In this document: piece after piece, positions 24,786-37,854 of the stretch | Layout of the letters: every line of letters starts with the position of its first letter | How positions within the stretch are numbered: position 1 is the stretch's first letter | From: Octopus sinensis | Lineage: Eukaryota | DNA: 64,000 bases | Direction: 5' to 3' | Assembly: GCF_006345805.1 (NCBI RefSeq) | Contig: NC_043022.1 | Coordinates: 5,332,001 to 5,396,000, forward strand | Position numbers and translations under genes: made by a program | The notes under the pieces: generated by a model | What the model saw: only the letters and a program-made list of their open reading frames with translations | What the model was told of the DNA's origin: nothing | Database searches by the model: none

Positions 24786-25179
24786 GGCATAAACATGGCT
24801 GTGTAGTAAGAAGCTTGCTTCCCAACCACATGGTTCCAGGTTCCATCCTACTGTGTGACACCTTGGGCAAGTGTCTTCTACTACAGCCTTGGGCTGACCA
24901 AAGCCTTGTGAGTGGATTTCGTTGACGGAAACTAAAAGAAGCCTGTCAAGTAATATATATAAATGTATATATATATATATATATATATGTCGGTTCGGCA
25001 AAAGAGACCGATAGAATAAGTACTGGGCTTACAAAGAATAAGTCACGGGGTTGATTTGCTCGACTAAAGGCGGTGCTCCAGCATGGCCGCAGTCAAATGA
25101 CTGAAACAAGTAAAAGAGTAAAGAGTATATGTATCTATCTGTCTGTCTGTATATATATATATATCTGTCTGTCTGTCTG

Positions 25180-25230
<51 letters not shown>

Positions 25231-25240
25231 GTATATATAT

Positions 25241-25700
25241 AAAAGATCCCTAACTCTCTATTGAAGTCCAGGTCAGAAATTTTCAGTGGTTGCCTGCATA
25301 CGTATAAATCTATTTTGAAGGATTGGGAAATTCCGCCTATTCCTGACTAACCTGATATCTTTCCAGCCATTATCATTTAAGGTCTAACGAGGATAGCTCT
25401 TTTAATTTTTTACTTTTTATTTTCTACATTTTAGATTTTTGTGTTTTCGTTTTCTGTTGTTCTTTTTACTTTTTGCGTTTTCTATATGCTGCTCTTTTTT
25501 GCATTTCTTCTATTATTCAATATTTTCAGTTCGTTATGACATGTGGTTTGCATCTGAAGAATACGTCTGAGGCATTTCTCAACATATGAAACTATTAGTA
25601 GCACTTAATTACATGTATTAGACCCTTTAATTAAATAATATTTATTTCTCACCAGATCAAGTACTTTTTTTGTTGAATTTTCTATCACGGATCAGTACAT
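25241..25700 (+). mobile_element. Penelope-like element 3' end (possibly Naiad-type): ORF C-terminus plus pseudo-LTR with hammerhead motif
   Basis: 25243-25350 reads KIPNSLLKSRSEIFSGCLHTYKSILKDWEIPPIPD*, fitting the recalled LLNxRSExxxxCxHxxK terminus after PLE GIY-YIG domains. CTGAAGA at 25554 and GAAACTATTAGTA at 25588-25600 follow. Flanked by TA-rich microsatellites. Confidence 0.65.
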
Positions 25701-25734
25701 TATCTATCTGTCTATCTATCTATCTATCTATATA

Positions 25735-25778
<44 letters not shown>

Positions 25779-25858
25779 TGTATGTGTGTGTGTGTGCGTG
25801 TGTGTGTCTGTGTATATATATATATATAAAACTGCATATATATATATATGTATGTATG

Positions 25859-25892
<34 letters not shown>

Positions 25893-26613
25893 CATATAAA
25901 GTGTGTCTTCATATTCTATATATTGGTGTGTGATGAATGGGAGAGTCAAGAGTAGAATACCAGTAAACTACATTGGGAATAGAAGTAGATGATGATTATG
26001 ATGATGGTGATGATGATGGTGATGATGATGATGGTAAGTTGTTGATGTTGTCATTTAACACTTGGTCACCCTTGATCAGCTTAGCTCCAGCTCAGTCCTG
26101 ATCAAAGGGTTCCAAGCATGACCTCCCATCCATTTTTTTGACAGGGATGCTGGGGGGGGGAGGGTATCTATGTCTAAGACTACATTTTCCAATGCATCCT
26201 TCCCTTTCCTAAAATTTTTGGAAGTGATCTGAGAGTGATTTAACTGCTCTTTTTAGCAGATCCAGTGACTGCATATAAACTCTCTCATTTGCTTAAATAA
26301 CAGGTGCCTGTTGTTGTTTTTATTGTAGTTGATTCTGTTTAGCCCTAGGTAAGTCCTGACTGAGCAAAAAGACTCAGGGCTAATGCCATTCCAGCCATGA
26401 TCGTCCAGTTTGTAATATATCTATGACTACATTATCAAATATGTCCTTCCGTCCTCTCTAAGTCAGTAACGTGTGACTTGAGGCTTTATTCGACTACTAT
26501 TTCTAGCAGGTCGTATGTTGACTGACAGTTCAACCAGACAAGACAGTGTAATGTGTGTAAGTGGGAAGTATCCAGGGATTGAAACCCCTTTTTATAGGAA
26601 TGTCATCACTTAC

Positions 26614-26720
26614 CTCCTCGAACAGCTGGGCTTAAAACACCACCACCACAGCCAACACCACCACCACCTCAGGCAGAGACAGTGGAGGAAGTGGAAAACT
26701 ATACACCGCCATCTTTGTTT
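26614..26720 (-). other. Candidate non-coding first exon of the VWA3B-like gene
   Basis: Consensus donor GAG|GTAAGT at 26614/26613 just downstream of a promoter-like motif cluster. The 5' end is unknown. Confidence 0.45.
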
Positions 26721-26739
26721 ATGTTTGTTACCTAGCAAC
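26706..26739. promoter_or_regulatory. Motif cluster: YY1-like CCGCCATCTT (26706-26715), forkhead TGTTTAT (26716-26722), RFX X-box GTTACCTAGCAAC (26727-26739)
   Basis: Three consensus matches within 34 bp in unique sequence, upstream of and oriented compatibly with the minus-strand gene. Confidence 0.55.
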
Positions 26740-27024
26740 CTCAGTGTGTGTGCGTGCGTGAGTGTGACATTGACTCAGGTAACAGAACAGGAGTGAGAGT
26801 GAGCGGGGAAGGGGGGGGCAGGGACAGTATTGTCCTGATGTGTGTGTGTGTGTGTGTGTGTGTAGGAGGAGTTACATAGAAGAGGGATGTGGGGGAAGGG
26901 AGAGAAGCAGGAAGGGAGTTGTGGGTGTGTGGGTGTGGGTGTGTATGCAGTAGTATGTCCGGTTGTGTGGACAGAGAAAATGAGAGGGTGGATGGAGGTA
27001 GGGTTGTGTTATAAAGATTGGAGG

Positions 27025-27432
27025 GGTAATGGAGGTGGTGGTGGTGGTGGTGGTGGTGTAGTGGTAGTGGTGGTGGTGGTAATGGAGGTGGTGGTAGTGG
27101 TGGTGGTGGTAGTGGTGGTGTGGTGGTGGAGGTGCTTGTGGTGGTGGTGCTTGTGGTGGTGGTGGTAGTGGTGGTGGAGGTGGTGGTGGTGGTGGTGGTA
27201 GTGGTGGTGGTAATGGAGGTGGTGGTGGTGGTGGAGGTGGTGGTGGTGGTGGGGTGACGGTAGTGGTGGTGGTGGTGGTGGTGGTGGTAGTGATGGTGGT
27301 GGTAATGGAGGTGGTGGTAGTGGTGGTGGTGGTAGTGGTGGTGGTGGTAATGGAGGTGTTGGTGGTGGTGGTGCTTGTGGTTGTGGTGGTGGTGGTGGTG
27401 GTGGTGGCGGTTATGGTAGTGGTGATGGTATT
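27025..27432. repeat. (GGT)n microsatellite
   Basis: Seen directly. Confidence 0.95.
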
Positions 27433-28539
27433 GGAAACATATTAGCTTTTCTGTTTGGGTAGCTACAACACACACACACACACACAAATCACAATGCATG
27501 TATATAAATACACACACACTCACACACTCACACACACACACATACTCTTATTTTACTTTTTTCAGTCTCGCAATCTGTTGCCTGTTGCCATGCTGGAGCA
27601 CCACCCCTCCAATTAATACCATTTCCATAACCTTCCTTTCATCATTACTTATTTATGAACGAACAAGTTTGATGCCGTTCCCTGTTCTTGTGGTTTTCCT
27701 GTTGTTTTTATTATTATTGTGATTTTGTTTCACCTGTAATTACAGACAGGAAATAATCCAGGTGCTTCTTAAATATATCCTTCATCTTTTACTTGCTTCG
27801 GTCATTAGACACCAACCATGCTGTGGCACCACCTTGGAGAATTTTATAGTTGAATGAATCGACCCCCACCAGGACTTTTTTAAAACCTGGTGGTGGTGGT
27901 GGTGGTGGTGGTGGTGGTGGTGGTGGTGGTGGTGGAAGTCTCTATCAGTCTCTTTTGCCGAACTGCTGAGTTATGGGTATGCAAAGGCACCAACACCAGT
28001 TGTCAAGTGTACTGGGGGACAATCACAGACGCATAAACATACATACATACATACATACACACACATACTATAATATATACACACACATAGACACTTTATA
28101 TAGATATGTATATATATATATGTATATACAAACACACACACACACACACATGACAGGCGTCTCTTTCTCTCAGTTTTTGCTTACCAAATCCACTCAGAAG
28201 GGCCGTGTATAAAGTTAATCCAAACATGAAAACACAAAGAGAAAACACAACAACGCGGGGATGTGGAACAAATATAGTATCTTCTCTTCTCTCTCTCTCT
28301 CTCTCTATATCTATATATTATATATATATATATATATAGTATATATATATATATGTATATACAAACACACACACACACACACATGACAGGCGTCTCTTTC
28401 TCTCAGTTTTTGCTTACCAATCCACTCAGAAGGGCGTGTATAAAGTTAATCCAAACATGAAAACACAAACAAAGAGAAAACACAACAACGCGGGGATGTG
28501 GAACAAATATAGTATCTCTCTCTCTCTCTCTCTCTCTCT

Positions 28540-28576
<37 letters not shown>

Positions 28577-28600
28577 TATATATAATATATATATATATAT

Positions 28601-29451
28601 ATTATATAAAAGGGCTTAGTAAAATAAATTACTTTGCCGCATACTGAACTCATTAGAAATAGTAGCTAAAAAAACTTTTTTAAAACTATTTCTAATACTT
28701 AAAGAAAACCTCTCTCATATAGTGTTTGCTCAATTCAACTCACGAAAGTATGGGGGTAAAGACATTAAAAAATCAAATGCAAAGGTTATTTGAGAACGTA
28801 CGTTTCAAGATTAGTCAACTCGACATTTCTATCATCAGCTCAGAACTCCTTGGTTTGGATTAATTAATTTTACCCTCAATTGTTGAAATTATAATTCATC
28901 TCTCTCTATTTAATGCCTCGGATTTTACCGAAAAAAGCATAGTGTTTACTGATTTTAACCCACGCTGGTGGAAAGGGGAGAGCAGAAATTCTTCGCTTGC
29001 ATATTTGAGTTTGCTGGCACTGTTAGTTTCGAGCAGATCTTCAGAAGCGATAAGAAGCCGAAAGGGTATGCTCCCACTTTCAGTGTTTTCAAATCCAAAC
29101 CAAGGAGTTCTGAGCTGATGATAGAAATGTCGAGTTGACTAATCTTGAACGTACGTTCTCAAATAACCTTTGCATTTGATTTTTTAATGTCTTTACCCCC
29201 ATACTTTCGTGAGTTGAATTGAGCAAACACTATATGAGAAGGTTTTCTTTAAGTATTAGAAATAGTTTTAAAAAAGTTTTTTTAGCTACTATTTCTAATG
29301 AGTTCAGTATGCGGCAAAGTAATTTATTTTACTAAGCCCTTTTATATAATGTAATAATTTGAATTCGCCTTAAATGGTCCCTTTGCATACTGAATACTTG
29401 GTGAAATTGATTAATAATTAATTAATTTTACCCTCAATTGTTGAAATTATA
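28601..29451. mobile_element. Penelope-like remnant with ~260-bp near-perfect inverted arms (28601-28861 and 29092-29350)
   Basis: Arms are reverse complements and each carries a hammerhead motif. A 32-bp direct repeat occurs at 28862-28893 and about 29420-29451. Both ends lie in (TA)n. Confidence 0.7.
28791..28842 (-). ncRNA. Putative type-I hammerhead ribozyme
   Basis: TGAG-CTGATGA-(stem II TAGAAATGTCGAGTTGACTAATCTT)-GAAA-CGTACG-TT-CTCA. Stem I TGAG/CTCA pairs perfectly, stem III ACGTACGT is palindromic, cleavage triplet GUU. The first stem II pair is a U-U mismatch. Confidence 0.6.
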
Positions 29452-30234
29452 TATATATATATATATAAGTACAAAGTGAGATAGGGGTTATAAGTGTAAC
29501 CCACAATGGGATATCAGTCATCCAATATACTGCTGATATTTATTTGCAGAAACCTGCAAATGAATTTGGTATCATTTCAATTCCATGTTACACATGTTTC
29601 ATTAAAAAACAGGGGTCACAAAATATATATACATGGGGAAAAACATTAATATAATGTTTGAATCTTTATCTGAAGAATTACAGATTGGCTCTTGATAATT
29701 AAAAATAAAGTGTTAACACTCACAATATGCAAATTAATCACTCCAGTTATCCGTCTGAAGGCTTTACTTTCTCCAATGCTCCAGTCTGGTGGGTCCCAAG
29801 ATCACTGATATGTCTACATACACTAAGGATCTTTCCATTTTATTGTTTATTTCTAGAGTGTAAGGGCTCTGAATAGAGGTGGTACCTTTGGTGTCTGGAA
29901 ACTGAGCCTTGCCAGGGATGGTGAGGTGGAGAGGCATCACTGGTCCTCATTCAATTCCTAATCTCTCACTTGATGGTTCCTGGTGCCCCACATCAGCTGG
30001 TGGGGTAAACCAAGTGAAGGGATGGTATTAATATCAATAGGTGAAAAGACTCTGGAGTGACCGACTGAGGTGGAGGAACTTGCTCAGGTCAATGGCCTCA
30101 TGTTTGGGGTCAAGGCATGTCATAAGGCATACGGTTGTGGCTAACAGATAGGAGAGGAATTGGTGCCACCACTGATACATTCACAACAATGACCACCAGA
30201 ACAGAACCTGTACTGGATCAGTCATTGCTCAGTT

Positions 30235-30375
30235 AACAACAAAAACTGGACAGGCCTCAATTTCGGCAACTCACAGAGGACAGCAGAAACCCGTGAGAAG
30301 CGGTAAAATCTGGTTGCGATGTCATCAACAAATGCCCCCAAAATGGTTAAGGGATAGGAAGGCAGGAAAGGAAGG
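30235..30375 (+). mobile_element. RTE LINE extreme 3' end
   Basis: Reads KNWTGLNFGNSQRTAE, followed by a short (GGAA)-type tail. Confidence 0.5.
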
Positions 30376-30561
30376 TTGAAGCACGAGACTGTTTTTAATG
30401 AAGGATTCACTGACCAGCTGGAGCATCAGAATTGGTTGTGTATCAGGCAAACTGTCTTGCAGTATTTAGTAGGGGCTCCTTGCATTTTGAGCTCAAATGT
30501 AGGCACAAAGACACATGCACACAAACATACACATGTACATATGCACATGTATAGACATATA

Positions 30562-31844
30562 CAAGGTCCGTAAGGTTTTTGAGGACATACCATTTTTGGG
30601 GCCATTGCTGCATTTTTTGCTAACTCTGTATATAATCCATGTTTCAGAAAATAATAATGGCAGACTCTCAGCTTTCTCAAGAAATGAATAGGCATGTTGT
30701 TATTGTGGTTATAAAGGCTGAGCATAGCGATTTAGAAATATCTCAATTTTTAAAAGTTGCCAGATCTTTCATCTACAAAGTTTGTAATGGGGTTAGAGAC
30801 TGAAGATGGAAACTTATCACCATCATCAAAGTATAAAAAGCATTCTAAACACTCTGAAATCCTCAGAACACCTGAATTTATCCAGCAAGTTCAACATTGA
30901 TTACAATCCCAGAAAGTCCACGAGGTCAATTGCAAAAGATCTCCATTTGTCAGAAGGAACAGTCAGAAATGTTGTCCCCAAAGACTTCAGATATAAGTCT
31001 TATATGATGAGGAAAGGTCAGTTTGTCCGAAAAAGCAAAAAGAAATCACTACATCAGATCTAAAAGGCTCCTAAACAACTGAAAAATCCAGCAGAAGAAG
31101 ATTTGATGTGGTTTTTCTCAAATGAGAAAAACTTCGACCAAGATAAAAAAAGTTAACAAAATAAATGATACATGGTTATTGGCAGACCCTTCTGAAGATC
31201 CAGGTGTTATGCATACGAAATTTCCTGCAGCTGTCATGGTTTTAGGGGTCAGCAATGAAGAACATGTGGTGCCACTTTACTTCTTTCCATAAGGTCTTAG
31301 AGTTAACTCTGCCTCCTACATTGAGCCCTTGGAAATAATTGTTAAGCCCTGGATAGACAGTGTATGCAATGGAAGGCCATATGTGTTTCAGTAAGACTCT
31401 GCACTATCACACATGGCTCTAGTAACACAGGAATGGATGGCTGAAAATTTTCATGATCACGTAACCCCTAACATTTGGCCTCCTAATTCCCTAGGTCACA
31501 ATCCATTGGACTATTACATGTGGAGAGAGAGAGGTCAATGAACACACCCATAACACCAAAGATTCTTTGAAAGCTGCTATAATCAGAATAATGTCCAGAG
31601 CAAACCAGGACCACTTGATTCAAGCATGTCGATGATTTAGATCCCATATAGAAGCAGTTGCTGATGAAAAAGGTGGCTTAATTGAATAACATTTTAGAAA
31701 AGGTTTCTCTTAAAAATAAAAATAATTATTATTATTTTTATTTTTTTTTATCCTCATAGCATTTTTTGATAAATAAAGTTATCTGTTATTATATATCTGT
31801 TTTTTTATAAGCATAAATCTGTCCTCAAATATTTTACACACCTG
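30562..31844 (+). mobile_element. Defective full-length Tc1/mariner element, DD37D (maT/Bmmar1-like) group
   Basis: Imperfect TIRs CAAGGTCCGTAAGGTTTTTGAGGACA / TGTCCTCAAATATTTTACACACCTG flanked by TA. Broken transposase reads NPRKSTRSIAKDL, WFFSNEKNF and YVFQ*DSALSH..WPPNS..NPLDYY, with 37 residues counted between the last two D. Confidence 0.88.
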
Positions 31845-32276
31845 TATATATACAATGGGTTTCTATCTCCCAAATCCACTCACCAGGCTTTTGTCCAAGA
31901 TGCCATGCAGTGGGACTGAACCCAGAATCATGTGGTTGGTGAGCAAGCTACTTACCACACAGCCACATGCACACACACATGTATTTAATTATCATACACA
32001 CTCACTCACATGTGACACACACACACACAGCACACACTCAAATACGTGTATATTTAATTATTGTACATATACACACACTCACTCACATACATGAGACACA
32101 CACAAACACACTCACATACATATGCACACAATACACACACAACACACACACACACATGTATTCAACCGTATTTGAGCATGTTTATAAAATGAGGTGGTTT
32201 TTGTGAAGCCTTGTGATGTGTAACTTGAAAGGATGTCGTGTAAAGTCGGAACAGTCTATACAATATTTATCTATAC

Positions 32277-32332
<56 letters not shown>

Positions 32333-32601
32333 GGTGGTGGTGGTAGTGGTTGTTATGGCAGTGGTGTAAATGATATTACTAGTGGTGGTGGTAGTGGTGG
32401 TGGTGGCGTTGTGCATCCCTTAAATCTGTTTTCTCTCCCTCGTCTCTTCCTTTTAATAAAATGCAAATTGTTACCATTATTTCCCTTTATTTAATCTTCC
32501 TTTTCTGCTGACAACCAAAGCAGTTTCGGCTTTCTTCCGATTAGTTTCACCATGCGTTTCCTTCCGTCATCATCATCATCATCATAACCATCATCATCAC
32601 C

Positions 32602-32633
<32 letters not shown>

Positions 32634-33254
32634 CAACAACAACACTGCCACTACCACCATCACCACCATCCTTATTATTGTCATTCCAGTCAGTTCACAT
32701 GCCATGGGTCAACCCTGAAGATATATCCCACAGTTACCTTAGAACTGCTTTAAAAGCTTTCACGTGCTAAACCAGGAACCTCTGCAACCGAAAATGTGCA
32801 GCGATTCACAATGTTTTTGCTGCTGCTGAGAAATTGCAAATATTTTCTGCATCTGGCAAAATTCTGCAATACTTACAAATTTACCAAAATCTCCTTCTGG
32901 GTATCTCTACCTTTTGTCATCTTAACATTTTCTTAGTCACCAATCAATACGGATGTAGCTTTAACAGACACAAATTTTGTCGATGTGAACTAAATTCTAT
33001 TTCCATAGCATACAAGGGATTGTTGAAAAGATCCTGACTTTGGGCAAAAGAAACTACAGGATGAGGACCAGTTAATTATGATTTTATTCAACATGTTCCC
33101 CTCCTCTCAGATTCACATACTTATTACAGTGGTCCTTCAGTTTTCCTAAGCCCTGTAAAAGAACTCAGAAGGTTGGGAACTCCAACCAGGCCTTTCACGA
33201 TACCCTTAAAGCCAGGAACTTTTCAGCACCTCACACACACACACACATGTACAT

Positions 33255-33285
<31 letters not shown>

Positions 33286-35469
33286 TGCACACACATTCAT
33301 ATAAATATATATGTGAAGGTGCATGGCTTCATGGTTAGGGTGTTGCACTCACAATTGTGAGATCGCGGGTTCGATTCCCAGACCAGGTGTTGCATTGTGT
33401 TCTTGAGTAAGAGCTCTTCATTTCACGTTGCTCTGCGATCATTTCGTCATCTGACATGTAGCACCTTGTTGCACCTGTACAGGTAATATCAACCTGATGG
33501 AGGGAGTGAGCTTATGTCTACACAAACATTTGATCACTATACACAAATCATTTGTGAGGTTGTTTGGTAAGAAATTGTTGAACTCTTATACATCTTCTAA
33601 CGACAAGAGAATCCATCATATATGTATATATTGTTGGCATCCTTTTATCTCAGGAGACAATGGAGTTGCTCATAAAATAATCCTCTCCAGTTTCCCCTCC
33701 AGTTTCTCTCAGGCCTTGGCTAGATGTAAGAAAATCCTGGGTAGCCCAGTCATCAGGATTCATCTCTCACCCTTGCTGACCCAGTCCAAAGGAGTGCAGA
33801 GCATTATGTTTGGCACCAGCTTGGTTGCAGGAGCTGCTGGAATAGTGTTGAGTCAAACACTAAACTGCCTACGGGGCCCCACTCCAGATTTCTTTGAAGG
33901 TTGTCTCCTTTCCATAACCCTGGATAGGGGACCATACAGGGTACTGTCAGCTGAGCCTGGTACTAATGTTAGAAAGGGTAGTGAAGAAAATTGCTACCCA
34001 CTACGATATGTATATATATATGTATATATATATATAGGCGGCGAGCTAGCAGAAATGTTAGCACGCCGGGTGAAATGCGTAGCCGTATTTCGTCTGCCAT
34101 TACGTTCTGAGTTCAAATTTCGTTGAGGTCGATAAATTAAGTACCAGTTACGCACTGGGGTTGATGTAATCGACTTAATCCATTTGTCTGTCCTTGTTTG
34201 TCCCCTCTGTGTTTAGACCCTTGTGGGCAGTAAAGAAATAGGTATATATATATATATGTGTGTGTGTGTGTGGTGTATAGATTGATAGACTGACAGACAG
34301 ACAGATAGAAAAGCTGAAAAGTGGGGCCTCCAAGCAGGTCTTTTGCAATATGCTTAAAGCCAGGAACTTTTCAGCACCCACCTCATATTCTGTATCGTGC
34401 TTTTCCCCTGTTCTCAATTAACCATTAAACAAAAAATAAGCATGTGCTTGGGGCATCAAGGGAGGCGGTGGGGTGCCACAGAAATGGTAAATGGTTCACA
34501 GCACAAAAGAAATCACTTTAAACTTGCTAAAATAATATTCAAAGTGATTTATATCATTGGAAATATAATTTCAAAGTGTTCATGGTGTCTAATTAAAGAC
34601 TTTGCAATTAAAAAAAGGAGAAAACCTTTCAAATATAAATAAAATGGAAAAATACAAAAATAAACATTATTTTTCATTTTTCTGTTAGTTTTGTTTCATT
34701 TTAAAAAATTAAAATTTATTTTATGGTTTATTGTTGTTTATATTTTGAATTCCATACATGTGGGGGGCATCAAAATCTTTTAAGTGCTTAGCGCCTCAAT
34801 GGGTCTTAATCCAGTCCTGATTTCCTCCCATGACCATCCAGAAAATTGGATGTTCCCCTCATATTCATTGGATTAATTCTTGACACTTGATATTAGGATC
34901 TCTCAATATTTTTTCTATAAAAAGCAAATTTTTAATTATATCTCACCTGAATTCTTCACTAAACTTTAGGGTTTGATACTATAAACCCCACTCTATATCT
35001 TTAAAATTAAGGGTCAGAATCAGATGAGTCCCTGAGATGTTATCTTTCTATACCAAATCTTTTTTCAAAATATTTTTCAAGTTTAACTCTTTTGATTCTG
35101 ACCTTCATAAGACTGCCTCTTATTCTTTGATGTATACTGTCTGTTTAATTAAAAATGTCCATCAAAATTCCGCTTTAATTTATGTTCGTAATGCCAGCTT
35201 CATGACAGTTATTTTAATAAATTCCTTCACTATTTTAAAACTTAATTGGACAAAGGCAGTGTTTTTCTACACAAATATGGTAACAAAAGTGTTGAAGTGA
35301 TCTAAAATTAAAAACCTTCCATCAGAATTTCGTGTTCATTTAAGTTTCAAACACCAGATTAAAAAGGACAAAGCTATTTCTCTAAATTCTTCGTTACTTT
35401 GAAAATTAATTGAAAGGAAGGCAGTCTATATGAAGAGAAATATGGTAACAAAAGGGTTAGAGTGACCCC

Positions 35470-35856
35470 TGGAGGCGCAATGGCCCAGTGGTTTGGGCAG
35501 CGGACTCGCGGTCATAGGATCGCGGTTTCGATTCCCAGACCAGGCGTTGTGAGTGTTTATTGAGCAAAAACACCTAAAACTCCATGAGGCTCCGGCAGGG
35601 GATGGTGGTGATCCCTGCTGTACTCTTTTGCCACAACTTTCTCTCACTCTTACTTCCTGTTTCTGTTGTACCTGTATTTCAAAGGGCCGGCCTTGTCACT
35701 CTCTGTGTCACGCTGAATATCCCCGAGAACTACGTTAAGGGTACACGTGTCTGTGGAGTGCTCAGCCACTTACACGTTAATTTCACGAGCAGGCTGTTCC
35801 GTTGATTCGGATCAACCGGAACCCTCATCGTCGTAACCAACGGAGTGCTTCCTTCC
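35470..35856 (+). mobile_element. SINE family B with tail type 2; TSD AGAGTGACCCC
   Basis: tRNA-like head; 11-bp direct repeats at 35459-35469 and 35857-35867. Confidence 0.9.
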
Positions 35857-36985
35857 AGAGTGACCCCAACTGTTCAGCAGTTGATAACATTTTTTGCATT
35901 ACAATTGTTTAATTGTTACTTAAATAAACATTTCTGGTGATAAAAATGGCAGGTGGGAGGGAACCCATGGAGGTATTTATTTTTGATGTAAGCCGTGGCA
36001 TAAATATAGAGATGGGGTGCTGGGTAAATTTAAAAAGATCAAAAGTGGGGCATTGCAAACAGATGTTGCTGATTCCTGCCCTCAAACAGGCATCGGTACA
36101 TCAGAAGATGTATTTAGGTGCATTGAAGGTTTTTCAAAAATATATTTACAGGTTTAAGAAAATTTGTATCAATGGTTGAACATTTTGGTGAATGTGTTGT
36201 TAATCAGATTATTTTATGCGTGCGAGATGGATCGTGGTTGAATGTAAAATACGAAAAGAGGGCCATTTATGTATGAAGTCGGTGATCCTTGATGTAGAAG
36301 TTGTGTTGTGAGAATTGCTCAAGAAGTGTACACTAGGAGTTGTGTTGTTAAACTGAGGGTATTTTGTATTGGATGTGAACAGGATCCTGTACAGCTCCAT
36401 TTTGCACGGTAAGCAATGGGGTTGGGGGTGGGGCATTTTGTCTGGTACTCTGTCAATTTTGCTTTCTGCAAATAAATAATTTGAAAAAAAAATAGTTAAA
36501 AAAAACAATGACAAAACTATGTCATGCTATGATGATTGCTTTTAATATATACACAGCATCATCATCATCATCATCATTTAATGTCTGTTGTCCATACTGG
36601 CGGGGGTTGGATGGTTTGACCAGAGCCGGGAAGGCTGGAGAGCTGCATCAGGGTCCAATCTGATTTGGCAGGGTCCCTACAGCTGGAAGCCCTTCTAAAC
36701 ACCAGCCACTTTACAGAGTGTGCTGGGGGCTTGTACGTGACACAGCACAGGCACTTTTATGTGGCCCTACATGGTTGCTTTCATATGATAGTGCAGGGGC
36801 ACTTTTACACGACACCACATGGACGCTTTCATGTGGCACCTGCACAGGTGCTTCTTACATGGCTCCTACACAAGACTTTTGCAGGTTAATCCTATCCACC
36901 TGGAGACTAGCCTTAACAATTCTGCTATGGAGCATTGGTCTTCCTGAGTACAGCAAGGCACCAGACATCTTAGTCTTTTGTCAAA

Positions 36986-37031
<46 letters not shown>

Positions 37032-37327
37032 GAGTGGCTGTGTGGTAAGTAGCTTGCTTACCAACCACATGGTTCTGGGTTCAGTCCCACTATGTAGCAC
37101 CTTGGGCAAGTGTCTTCTACTATAGCCTTGGGCTGACCAAAGCCTTGGGTGTGGATTTGGTAGACGGAAACTGAAAGGAGCCCGTTGTATATTTGTATAT
37201 ATATATGTGTGTGTGTCTGTATGTATAAATACATATATATGTATATATTTTATTAATATTTGGCAGAGGTGAGAGTGACTCAAGGTTTGAGAGTTTCGTA
37301 TGTTGATATACACACATACACACATAT

Positions 37328-37363
<36 letters not shown>

Positions 37364-37854
37364 ATGGAGAAACTATGCAAAATGCATTAACAGATTATGA
37401 TTAAAGCACCGGCACAGCTTTGATTACCTGTTGTTACCTGTAGATTTATTGCAGGAATTTGTAAGTGGCAGTTGGGGTAACAGTATTAATAAAATAAATA
37501 AATACAGTTTTATATATACATATATATATATATAAATTTCCCAAGAACATGGTCTTGGGTCCAGTGCCACTGAACAGCACCTTGGACACGTATCTTCTAT
37601 TAGAGCTTTGGAGTGATCAAAGTCTTGTGAGTGGATTTGGTAGATGGAAACTGAAAGAAGCCCATCGCATACGTAAAAAGCACCCACTACACTCATGGAG
37701 TGGTTGGCGTTAGGAAGGGCATCCAGCTGTAGAAACACTGCCAGATCAGACTGGGCCTGGTGCAGCCTTCTGGCTCCCCAGACCCCAGTTGAACCGTCCA
37801 ACCCATGCCAGCATGGAAAGCGGACGTTAAATGATGATGATGATATATAACTCG

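Noticed and set aside
33497-34126. 209-aa ORF
   Set aside because: It runs across a SINE tail, a probable retroelement UTR-like segment, a (TA)n tract and a family C SINE head, so it is a chance chimera.
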